A stretch of 64,000 nucleotides of DNA from positions 1 to 64,000 of the forward strand of contig CAVPRW010000007.1 in the NCBI GenBank assembly GCA_963707985.1, read 5' to 3'. A program made the position numbers and the translations under genes. Below, piece by piece: positions 55,087 through 64,000 of the stretch. The notes under the pieces were generated by a model that searched no databases, had not been told where the DNA came from, and worked only from the letters and a program-made list of their open reading frames with translations. The DNA is from an uncultured Nitrospinota bacterium. GTDB lineage: Bacteria > Tectomicrobia > Entotheonellia > J063 > CAVPRW01. How positions within the stretch are numbered: position 1 is the first letter of the stretch; each line of letters opens with the position of its first letter.

Positions 55087-55311
55087 CTTTCATTCTCCCT
55101 CATCCCGAGCAGATAACGCCGCACACAATGTCACCTCTTGGATTTCCGAGTTAAGATCCCTAAATAATATAACGCTATTTTAGCGTGTGACAAGTGCAGA
55201 TGGGGCTATCTGCCGTGTGAACTTTGAGTCAGCCCCGCTCCAACAACCTCTCGGTTGCTGGCCCCTCCAGCGGTCTGGACTATGCGATCAAGCCAGGCAT
55301 CGCGCTGCGTC

Positions 55312-56955
55312 CTACAACTCAATGTGAAAGCGCTCCAGCACAATACCTGTCGACTTCTCCCAGAGGACGATTGTCTTCTGATACTCGATGATGGCTCTCA
55401 GCTCATCGCGCTGCGCCACGTGCAAATTTTTCTGGGCCTCGATCATGTCCGTTACCGAGGCAACCCCTAACTCGAGGCCTTCTTGGGCCATGGCGAGTTT
55501 GCGCTCGGCCAAGTCTCGTAGCGCTCTGGCACCTTCAACCGCTCTCGATCTGTTAGTAATGCCTCGGGCCACTCTTTCGACCTCCAGTGCGATTTTTTGC
55601 TCCAAGGACTGTAAGGACATCCTGGCCTTTTCCACCTCTAACCGCGATTTTGCCACCTCGCTCCTGGCCATTTGATTGCCAAGGGGGATCTGCACGCTCA
55701 ACCCCACTTTGTAGGACATGAAGTCCCCTGAAACTAATTTTCCCAGGGCTGCACCATACCCTCCTTCATAGGTGCTGGTGCCTGAGCCATCCGGCAGGAG
55801 ACTCGATATCGGCACCCCCCCCACTGTAGTCGTGTTGAATAGATTAGGGGTAGGATAGCCGCTCAGACCACTCAGGCCAATGCTCCCAATGAAGTTCAGT
55901 TCTGGCATCCGCTGGTTTCTGGCAAAGCGTTCACCCAACACCCTATTGTCTTGGTCAAGCCTTGCCTCAGAAAGCTCAGGACGCTTTGCCAGCGCACTCT
56001 TCACGCCCTCTTCTAGGGAGACGAGATGGGACTCGATGTGAGGGGTATCAGTGGGCACAAGTGTATATTCAGCGGGCTCTATCAGCCGACTAAGATTGAG
56101 GAGAGACTTGAGATGCGCTTGGGCGTCCTCAGAGGAGTTCTCGGCAGCGACAAGGTCGATCTCACGCTCGAGCACAGCCGTTTTGGCCTGCAGGAGAGCA
56201 ATCGCGGGCAAGCGCCCTTGGGAAATCATCTCGGTAGTGCGTTTTTGAAGATGCCGAGCCACCTCTAGAGAATGACGCCTGGTAACTACATCGTTCGCTG
56301 CCAGGACTAGATCCCAATAGGTCTGTTGCACGTCGACAACTAGGTTCATGACCAACACCTTGAGGTGATATTTTGAGATCTCCATGTTGTTCTCGGCTAC
56401 TTTGATACGCACCCCGTTGATGCCGATGCCGAAGTTTTTTAGCAGGGGATGGGTCAAGGTCAGGGCGAGCTCTGCCGTATATTGCGGATCATAGAGCTGG
56501 AACACCGAGTTGGTCTCGAAACGCTTGTTCCGGAAGTCGAGGGACACTAGGCCTCCGGTGATGCTCCGCATCGATACGCCGGTGTTCAACTCGAGGTTTT
56601 CGGTCTCGAGCACTTGCGCACCCGCTAACACAGAGCCCGCGACCCTCAGGGACCGATCGGTACTGGCCTCCAAGCCAACCCTCGGGGAGAAAAAGGCTCC
56701 AGCTTCCCTCCGTATCTCTTCTTCTCGGATCAGCGGACTCAGGCGTTCGACTTTGAGGTCCACACTGTTCTGCAGTGCTAGCATAACACTTTGCACCAGA
56801 GAGATCGGCAGCGCCGTGGCCGCTCCCCCCGGCTCAGCTCGATCTGGTGTGGCATGGGCGGGCGTGCGCGGCAACATCCATGGGTGCAGACCTACGAATG
56901 TCACGAAGAACGCGAGGAGCCATCGGGGACTGGATACACGAATGGTTTTGCACAT
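55312..56955 (-). CDS. TolC family outer membrane efflux protein
   Basis: Signal peptide; LTHPLLKNFG, VQQTYWDLV, ALAKRPEL, VGLSVQIPLGN. Confidence 0.88.
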   Translation of the reverse strand: MCKTIRVSSPRWLLAFFVTFVGLHPWMLPRTPAHATPDRAEPGGAATALPISLVQSVMLALQNSVDLKVERLSPLIREEEIRREAGAFFSPRVGLEASTDRSLRVAGSVLAGAQVLETENLELNTGVSMRSITGGLVSLDFRNKRFETNSVFQLYDPQYTAELALTLTHPLLKNFGIGINGVRIKVAENNMEISKYHLKVLVMNLVVDVQQTYWDLVLAANDVVTRRHSLEVARHLQKRTTEMISQGRLPAIALLQAKTAVLEREIDLVAAENSSEDAQAHLKSLLNLSRLIEPAEYTLVPTDTPHIESHLVSLEEGVKSALAKRPELSEARLDQDNRVLGERFARNQRMPELNFIGSIGLSGLSGYPTPNLFNTTTVGGVPISSLLPDGSGTSTYEGGYGAALGKLVSGDFMSYKVGLSVQIPLGNQMARSEVAKSRLEVEKARMSLQSLEQKIALEVERVARGITNRSRAVEGARALRDLAERKLAMAQEGLELGVASVTDMIEAQKNLHVAQRDELRAIIEYQKTIVLWEKSTGIVLERFHIEL

Positions 56956-57145
56956 GGTTACCTCCCACTTCGAAGATCATGGGCACGAACGACTCATACT
57001 GACTCGTGCCATAGACTGTCATGGCCTGAGGTTTGTTCGACGTGTCCTATCAACTGGCGCCGGGCCGGTCGTGCGGACGCGCCCGTGATAAAGGTCCGCT
57101 TTTTGCCCGAAGGAAATACGACAGACGCGGCAATTTTAATCATTC

Positions 57146-57174
57146 TTGACAAATATTAACTTTAACATTACATT
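57146..57174 (+). promoter_or_regulatory. Putative sigma70 promoter (TTGACA-N17-TACATT)
   Basis: Near-consensus, in an AT-rich divergent intergenic region facing the PKS. Confidence 0.55.
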
Positions 57175-57776
57175 AGTACCCCTGAAATATCATTTCTTAT
57201 CTAGCATTTCTAAAGTGAGTGTAGGTTGCTTCTGCTGTAATAGTCCCTCTTGAGGTCTTTCTGCCAAAGATCGGTTCGTCGCACTGGTGATGCCTAACGC
57301 ACTGCTCAAAAACAGGTTGAAGGCCAAGAGTGTTACCAGGCGAACGAGGGCGAGGTTTGGTCGTTTCCTCTGCTAATTGAAGATGGGTCAGTGTGCGCAA
57401 TGGGCCTCGTAGGCCCAGCGATCGAGATCCGGCATTGTGTTCTCTCGCAGATTTCAGGTGAGAGTTGCCCGGCAACCACCGACACCAAACTGAGTGCTGT
57501 ACGGGCATGGTGCAGCTTGAGGTCACTCGCTGTATTGGTCGCCGATGCTAGACATCCGGACGGCTGGAAGCCAAGAGGACGCAGGATGAGGGCGGACAAT
57601 GGAACACGCTGGATCCTGTCAGATGAGCAGCCGAAGAGCATGCTGAAGAAAGCTTCCGGAGGATGGTCCGGCGATGACGCTGTCTCAGGGAATGTACATC
57701 CCTGATGACGTACCACGCATCACGCGGAAGCACGAGGTCCGATTTTTCGAGCCCAGAACATGCGAGGAGTCATACG

Positions 57777-60700
57777 ATGCCAAATTTTCAGGTTATCGCT
57801 CTCACTCTACCAGGCCAGCCCGACCCAGCGGTGGCTATCGCCGCGACACGAGCCGGTGGATGGGGAGTTCTCGATTTGGAATATAGCAAAGACAGGCATT
57901 TGGCCGTTGACTCGATCACGCAACTGTGTCGCTATGCCAAGGGTGAGTGTGGGATCAAGCTCGATAGCTCTAACACGAAGTTCTGCCAGGAAGTCATCAC
58001 TGACGCCGCCGAGGGGATTCAGGTCGTCATCTTGACGTTCAGCGCCGAACACCAACTGCGGAGGCAGGTAAGCGCTCTACATCGTCGCCAGCTCAAAGTT
58101 TTGTTGGAAACAACCTCTTGGGAGCAGGCCAAAGTAGGACAGTCGATCGGAGTAGACGGCATCATCGCCAAGGGACACGAGGCAGGCGGACGAATAGGAG
58201 AGGAAACAACCTTTATCCTCCTGCAGAACATCATCAAGCATAGCCCTTTGCCGGTCTTCGCCCACGGGGGAGTGGGATTGCATACCGTCGGCGCGTGTTA
58301 TGCCGCGGGGGCGGCTGGCGCGGTCCTGGACTGGCAACTGGCGCTGAGTAAAGAATCGGCACTGCCAGAAACGGTTAGAGCCAGGCTGGCCCTCGTGGAT
58401 GGCAGCGAGACCATCTGTTTGGGGAACGCTCTTGATGAGAGCTACAGAATCTATGCGCGCCCCGGTCTTCCCGTAGTGGCTCGGGCGCAGCAAGCTGAGC
58501 GCGAGCTGGCAGAGGACAGGAGTCTACGGGGGCCAGATGTCCTCACCCGCTGGCGTGAGAGGATTCGTCGGGACGTTGGGTGTGATGCCGTCGATGAACA
58601 CTTATTCCTGATGAGCCAGGACGCCGCCTTTGCGGAACCGCTGGCCAAGCAATTTGTCACCACTGGGCGGATGGTCCAGGCCATCCAGCAGGCGATTGAT
58701 TCCCACTGCCAGGCTGCCCAACAGTGGCGCCCATTCGACGAAGGCTCTTCCCTAGCCCAGTCCCATGGCACCCGCTACCCGATCATTCAGGGGGCCATGA
58801 CCCGCGTCAGTGATGATGCTGAATTTGCTCGGGCGGTGGCCGATGGGGGGGCCCTGCCTTTTCTCGCCCTGGCACTGATGCGCAAGGCGGACGTTGAGCC
58901 TCTGCTGGCCGAGACCAGAGATCTTCTTGGGGACAAGCCCTGGGGCGTTGGCATTCTGGGTTTTGTACCTCTGGAACTGCGTCAGGAACAGATGGAAGCG
59001 ATCCGTGCCTATCGCCCCCCGTTTGCCTTGATTGCAGGAGGGCGCCCCGACCAGGCGAGAGCGCTAGAGCAAGATGGTATTGTCACCTATCTGCATGTCC
59101 CCTCGCCAAAGCTCTTGGAGATGTTCCTCCAGGATGGGGCGACCCGATTTGTCTTTGAAGGGAGAGAATGTGGCGGACATGTGGGGCCGCGCACCAGCTT
59201 TGTGCTGTGGGAGCAGATGAATGAAGAGATCATCAGATTTCTCGCCTCGAAAAGCAGGGCAGAGGCAACCGCGTACCATGTCATTTTCGCCGGAGGTATC
59301 CACGATGCGCTCTCAGCCTCCATGGTCGCTGCCATCGCCGCACCTTTAGCAGAGCTCGGGGTACGCGTCGGGATCTCCATGGGCACCGGTTATATCTTCA
59401 CCACCGAGGCGGTGTCTACTGGGGCCATTGTCCGAGCCTTCCAGGAGGAAGCGCTCAAGTCCCAATCGACAGTCTTGTTCGAAACAGGCCCTGGCCACGC
59501 GATCCGTTGTGCTGATACCCCCTATCGAGAGCTATTCAACCAGGAGAAACGGCGTCTGTATGCTGAGGGCAAGCCATTTGAAGAAGTCCGGGTCACACTT
59601 GAGTTCATGAACTTAGGCCGTCTGCGCATCGCCTCGAAAGGCATCGCCCAAAATTCCGAGTATCGCCAGAATCCCCAGGCGCCAAGATTCGTCAGCGTCA
59701 ACGAAGAGGATCAGTATCGCCAAGGCATGTACATGCTTGGCCAGGTGGCAGGCCTACGCCACGAGGTCTGCACCATTGCAGAGCTGCATCATAGCGTGAC
59801 GATCGAGGCCACCAGGCGAGTTGAACAGCTAGCCCCCTTACAAGTTCCAGAAAGCAGTGCTGAGGACAGGCGTCAGCCCTCCGACATTGCCATCATTGGT
59901 ATGGCTTGCCTGCTCCCCAAGGCCTCCAATGTCCAAACATACTGGGAAAATATTCTGAATAAAGTTGATGCCATTACTGAAATCCCCAAGGATCGCTGGG
60001 ACTGGGAACTGTACTATGACGCCAACAGGCTCGCTCGAGACAAAATCTATTCAAGGTGGGGGGGATTCCTTGACGAGGTGCACTTTGATCCTCTGCAGTA
60101 TGGCATTCCTCCGAACTCTCTGCGCTCAATTGAGCCGCTGCATCTGCTCACCCTGGAAGTGGTGCGAGCGGCCCTGAAAGACGCTGGTTACCTCGATCGT
60201 CCCTTCCCCAGAGAGCGGACGTCAGTGATTCTCGGCGCCGGTGGCGGCGCCGACTTAGGTGGGCGCTATGGGTTCCGCTCGATGCTGCCGTACTTTCTGC
60301 ATCATACCGCGAATGGCTCTGGAGAACGGGAAAAGATCGTGCAGGAGCTCAGCGAGGTGCTCCCTGAATGGACGGAGGACTCGTTCGCGGGCATCCTAAC
60401 GAATGTCGCGGCGGGCCGGGTGGCCAATCGCTTTGACCTCGGCGGTCGAAACTTCACGGTGGATGCGGCGTGTGCCGCCTCGTTGGCGGCTGTCGATTTG
60501 GCCGTGCGGGAACTAGAAGAGGGCAGTAGCGATATGGTCGTGGTTGGCGGTGCCGATACCATGCAGAACCCCTTCGCATACCTCTGCTTCAGTAAAACCC
60601 ATGCCCTCTCTCCCCGAGGGCACTGCCACACATTTGATGATAGCTCGGACGGTATTGCCATTAGCGAAGGCATTGCCATGATCATCCTGAAGCGCCTGGC

Positions 60701-63700
60701 CGACGCTGAGCGCGACGGTGACCGCATCTATGCGGTGATCAAAGGCGTCGGTGGTTCGAGCGATGGCAAGGACAAAGGCCTCACTGCACCACGCCCAGAG
60801 GGGCAGATGCGAGCACTGACGCGAGCCTATGCCAAGGCGCATGTGTCTCCAGCGACGGTAGAGCTCATCGAGGCACATGGTACGGGGACCGCGGTTGGAG
60901 ATCAGGCTGAAGTCGCCTCCTTGAGCCAGGTGTTCAGCGCTGCTGGAGCGGCACCTCAGAGTTGTGGGATCGGCTCCGTCAAGTCGATGATCGGGCATAC
61001 CAAGTGTACTGCCGGGGTCGCCAGTGTGATCAAAATCGCCCTGGCGCTGCACCATAAAGTGCTGCCCCCTACGATCAACGTTGAGAAGCCCAACACGCGG
61101 GCCAACTTTCCTGCCACGCCTTTCTACGTCAACACCGAGGCTCGACCCTGGATCAGAAAACAGTTGGATGTTCCCCGCCGTGCGGGGGTCAGCGCCTTTG
61201 GCTTCGGCGGTACCAACTTCCATGCGGTGCTTGAAGAGTATACCGGTAATTACCAGGAGGACTCCACAAGGCATGCCTCCACTCGTTGGCCTAGCGAGCT
61301 TTTCCTGTGGAGGGCACAGTCACCACGGGCCCTTGTCGACGCCATGGCTCCCCTCGCAAAGGCTCTCGCCTCTGCCACCACCGAGGCTGAATTGTCTCAG
61401 CTAGCCTATACCGCGCATGGGTTGTACAGCCAACAACTGCCGGGTGACGGCCCCCAACTCCATCTGGCCATCGTGGCCACATCTGTGCAGGACCTGCAGG
61501 ATAAAATGGCCCGTGCTCGCGAGACGTTGAGCGACCCCGATAGTCCGCAAATCGTCGACCCCCGCGGCGTGTATTACACAGCCCAACCGATGGCGCTAGA
61601 AGGTAAGGTGGCCTTCCTCTTTCCAGGACAAGGCTCGCAACAGCTCAACATGGTGAAGGACCTGGCGCTGCAATTCCATACCATACGTGCCAGCCTTGAA
61701 CAGGCCAACGATGCGCTGCAAGATGTCCTGAATTGCTCTTTGAGCCGTTACATTTTCCCACCTCCCACCTTCACTAAGGATGAAGAAGAAGCGGCAAGAG
61801 CAGCATTGACCGATACACGCATCGCTCAGCCGGCACTTGGGGCAATCGAAGGTGGCCTTTTCCACCTGTTACGTTCGTTCGGGGTGCAGCCGGATTTCGT
61901 GGCCGGGCACAGCTATGGCGAATATGTAGCCCTGTACGCCGCCGGGGTACTAAACGTCAAGGATTTTATGCACCTCTCCGAGGCACGTGGTCGTTTCATC
62001 GCCGAGAGCGTGGGAGAAGACCCCGGCGCCATGGCAGCGGTCGAGTGCAACGCAGCAACGGTTGAGGAGCTCATCGGGGATATCGCAGATGTGGGAATAG
62101 CCAACTTCAACTCGCCCAGCCAGACGATCATCTCAGGGAGACGTGCATCCGTTGAAGCAGCCGTGGCCAAGCTCAGCGCTCGAGGAAAGCGCGCCAAGCA
62201 GATCCCCGTCGCCTGTGCTTTTCACTCACCGCTGATGGTGCCGGCACAGAAGCCACTGGCTGAGTTCCTCTCGTCTCTGCAGCTGAGCACACCTCAGGTC
62301 CCGATCTTCTCGAACACCACGGCTGAACCATATCCCAAGGCCCCTAAAGCCATCGCCCGTCGGTTAGTCGAACACCTCGTGCAACCCGTGAAATTCCTGC
62401 CACAGGTAGAGGCACTCTATGAGGCTGGAGCACGCATCTTCATCGAGGTGGGGCCGGGGGCTGTACTAACCAATCGAGTCGGCGAAATCTTCGCGGATCG
62501 GTCTCATCTCCGGTTAGCGTGCGATCAGCCTGGCCGCTCAGCCCTGATACAGCTGCAGCATCTGTTGGGACAGCTAGCAGCGCATGGCATTCCCGTGCGA
62601 TTAGATCCCCTATTTGCCGGCAGGGCCTTGGAGAAACTCAGCCTCAGCGCCTCGCCCACAACCACTAACAGCAGAGCACACTCGCCTATCACCTGGGTGG
62701 TGAATGGCACGAGCGCAAAACCGTTGGCCGAAACGGTGACACCCAAGGCCATGCTCAAATCTGAGCCATTACAGGTGCCGGTTGATTCTCAGCCCAGCGT
62801 CTCGAGCGCCAACATGCACCCGCAACGCATCGCCCCAAGGCGTATCGCCGGGGCCTCCACTTCACAGGTTGCAGCAGAGAGGGCAGAGGCTCCGGTGCCG
62901 GCTCCTGAGGTCACGCCATCCGGAGATGAAACAACCAGAGGATCAAGGGATGAGCCCGAGCGCAAGGACATATCCCCATCACCGGCCTTCCCCCCGCCGG
63001 TCCTCCCTCTCGCTCAGTCAGCGGCCAGATGGGGACAACTGCCACTTGCAACCCCAGTTGCGTCTCAAAACGATGTCGTGCAGGTAATGAACGGATTTCA
63101 GGATCTCATGCGGCAGTTCTTAGATACCCAAAAAAGCGTTATGCAGACTTTCCTGCAGAGCTATGCAGACGAGGCGGCGCCGATCGCAGCGCAACAGTTA
63201 AGCTTCCCACCGCAACAACGCCTCAGCACAGCCAATCAGCCGAGTCCGAGTCTGCCTCCACCCGAGGCAGCTGCTGTAAACAGGACCCAGACCCTAAGCT
63301 TGTCTCCATTGCAAAGCGGTCCCATCTCTCAATCGAGAAGTCTATCGCCTGAGGTGGTGGTCTCCGAGCTGGTTCCGCCCGAGTGGGAGTCACGGACAGA
63401 GCTCGAGGCGCGCGAAGTAACAGCTACGTCTTCCCTCTTGCCGGTGACCGGTCTGTCTCAGCCCGTGAGGCCAGACATCCCCGACCGGGAGGGATTAACG
63501 GCTCGCCTCGTGGCGATCGTCAGCGAGCGGACAGGTTATCCGCCAGAAATGCTTGATTTGGACTTGGATCTGGAGGCAGACCTAGGCATCGATTCCATTA
63601 AGCGCATCGAAATTCTTGGTAACTATCAGAAATCCTTTGACTTCACGGCCGACGAGGACATCGCTGTCATCATGGAGGAATTGGCCAAGATCAAGACCCT

Positions 63701-64000
63701 TAGAGGCGTCATCGAGTGGGTCGATACTCGTCTACGTGGCGTGGTCACAGGGCCTTCAGGCGACGTCGCGAGCCAGCCTAAGAGCCCTGAGCACCTCGAC
63801 GCCGAGGTCTGGGGAGAGATCGAGCCACTCATGCTGCCGGAAGCGTCCGCTCCAACAAACGGTGTCGAGGTTGTGCACCGGTATACGCTCACAGCGGTTT
63901 CACAGCCTTTACCGAACGCAATCGACGTGAACGGACTCGCCATAGGGCGAGTGGTGGTCGTGACCGATGACGAACGGGGTGTTGCCCAGAGTGTGGCGGA
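57777..64000 (+). CDS. Large cis-AT type I PKS/FAS (FabK/PfaD-like ER - KS - AT - ACP...), truncated by the window end
   Basis: ATG 57777 after GAGGAG; motifs AKGHEAGG, PIIQGAMTRVSD, FEGRECGGH, KS DAACAASL/EAHGTGT/KSMIGHTK, AT GHSYG/AFHS, ACP DLGIDSIKR; start, AKGHEAGG and ACP checked to share one frame. Confidence 0.9.
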   Translation, partial: MPNFQVIALTLPGQPDPAVAIAATRAGGWGVLDLEYSKDRHLAVDSITQLCRYAKGECGIKLDSSNTKFCQEVITDAAEGIQVVILTFSAEHQLRRQVSALHRRQLKVLLETTSWEQAKVGQSIGVDGIIAKGHEAGGRIGEETTFILLQNIIKHSPLPVFAHGGVGLHTVGACYAAGAAGAVLDWQLALSKESALPETVRARLALVDGSETICLGNALDESYRIYARPGLPVVARAQQAERELAEDRSLRGPDVLTRWRERIRRDVGCDAVDEHLFLMSQDAAFAEPLAKQFVTTGRMVQAIQQAIDSHCQAAQQWRPFDEGSSLAQSHGTRYPIIQGAMTRVSDDAEFARAVADGGALPFLALALMRKADVEPLLAETRDLLGDKPWGVGILGFVPLELRQEQMEAIRAYRPPFALIAGGRPDQARALEQDGIVTYLHVPSPKLLEMFLQDGATRFVFEGRECGGHVGPRTSFVLWEQMNEEIIRFLASKSRAEATAYHVIFAGGIHDALSASMVAAIAAPLAELGVRVGISMGTGYIFTTEAVSTGAIVRAFQEEALKSQSTVLFETGPGHAIRCADTPYRELFNQEKRRLYAEGKPFEEVRVTLEFMNLGRLRIASKGIAQNSEYRQNPQAPRFVSVNEEDQYRQGMYMLGQVAGLRHEVCTIAELHHSVTIEATRRVEQLAPLQVPESSAEDRRQPSDIAIIGMACLLPKASNVQTYWENILNKVDAITEIPKDRWDWELYYDANRLARDKIYSRWGGFLDEVHFDPLQYGIPPNSLRSIEPLHLLTLEVVRAALKDAGYLDRPFPRERTSVILGAGGGADLGGRYGFRSMLPYFLHHTANGSGEREKIVQELSEVLPEWTEDSFAGILTNVAAGRVANRFDLGGRNFTVDAACAASLAAVDLAVRELEEGSSDMVVVGGADTMQNPFAYLCFSKTHALSPRGHCHTFDDSSDGIAISEGIAMIILKRLADAERDGDRIYAVIKGVGGSSDGKDKGLTAPRPEGQMRALTRAYAKAHVSPATVELIEAHGTGTAVGDQAEVASLSQVFSAAGAAPQSCGIGSVKSMIGHTKCTAGVASVIKIALALHHKVLPPTINVEKPNTRANFPATPFYVNTEARPWIRKQLDVPRRAGVSAFGFGGTNFHAVLEEYTGNYQEDSTRHASTRWPSELFLWRAQSPRALVDAMAPLAKALASATTEAELSQLAYTAHGLYSQQLPGDGPQLHLAIVATSVQDLQDKMARARETLSDPDSPQIVDPRGVYYTAQPMALEGKVAFLFPGQGSQQLNMVKDLALQFHTIRASLEQANDALQDVLNCSLSRYIFPPPTFTKDEEEAARAALTDTRIAQPALGAIEGGLFHLLRSFGVQPDFVAGHSYGEYVALYAAGVLNVKDFMHLSEARGRFIAESVGEDPGAMAAVECNAATVEELIGDIADVGIANFNSPSQTIISGRRASVEAAVAKLSARGKRAKQIPVACAFHSPLMVPAQKPLAEFLSSLQLSTPQVPIFSNTTAEPYPKAPKAIARRLVEHLVQPVKFLPQVEALYEAGARIFIEVGPGAVLTNRVGEIFADRSHLRLACDQPGRSALIQLQHLLGQLAAHGIPVRLDPLFAGRALEKLSLSASPTTTNSRAHSPITWVVNGTSAKPLAETVTPKAMLKSEPLQVPVDSQPSVSSANMHPQRIAPRRIAGASTSQVAAERAEAPVPAPEVTPSGDETTRGSRDEPERKDISPSPAFPPPVLPLAQSAARWGQLPLATPVASQNDVVQVMNGFQDLMRQFLDTQKSVMQTFLQSYADEAAPIAAQQLSFPPQQRLSTANQPSPSLPPPEAAAVNRTQTLSLSPLQSGPISQSRSLSPEVVVSELVPPEWESRTELEAREVTATSSLLPVTGLSQPVRPDIPDREGLTARLVAIVSERTGYPPEMLDLDLDLEADLGIDSIKRIEILGNYQKSFDFTADEDIAVIMEELAKIKTLRGVIEWVDTRLRGVVTGPSGDVASQPKSPEHLDAEVWGEIEPLMLPEASAPTNGVEVVHRYTLTAVSQPLPNAIDVNGLAIGRVVVVTDDERGVAQSVA

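Noticed and set aside
58019..63943. Many short ORFs on both strands in the track
   Set aside because: Shadow ORFs of the single long + strand PKS starting at 57777

Overview
GC-rich bacterial window. The gene mix (family-5 solute-binding proteins, LLM oxidoreductase, trans-AT PKS) resembles Tectomicrobia/Entotheonella-like or related uncultured bacteria; this is inference only. Many single-base frameshifts split otherwise intact genes, most likely long-read consensus errors. Main content: (1) a YciI/DGPF + ECF42-type sigma pair with its cognate promoter; (2) a ~13.6 kb stand-alone trans-AT PKS/NRPS gene (15493..1863, minus strand, four frameshifts) with the unusual order docking-ACP(no Ser)-ACP-KS-DH-ACP-KS0-ACP-A-T-TE-C-A-T-TE; (3) metabolic and transport genes and an orphan flgM; (4) a solute-binding protein/histidine kinase/pseudokinase-receiver signalling operon; (5) an SPFH - Ycf46-like AAA ATPase - DUF1257 - DUF2997 - NHL/TPR membrane protein operon of unknown function; (6) an IS21 remnant and a peptide ABC transporter lacking ATPase genes; (7) TolC divergent from a large ER-KS-AT-ACP Pfa-like type I PKS/FAS that runs off the right end and is missing from the ORF track. 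No rRNA, tRNA or CRISPR array was seen. All domain calls come from reading motifs, not from database searches.
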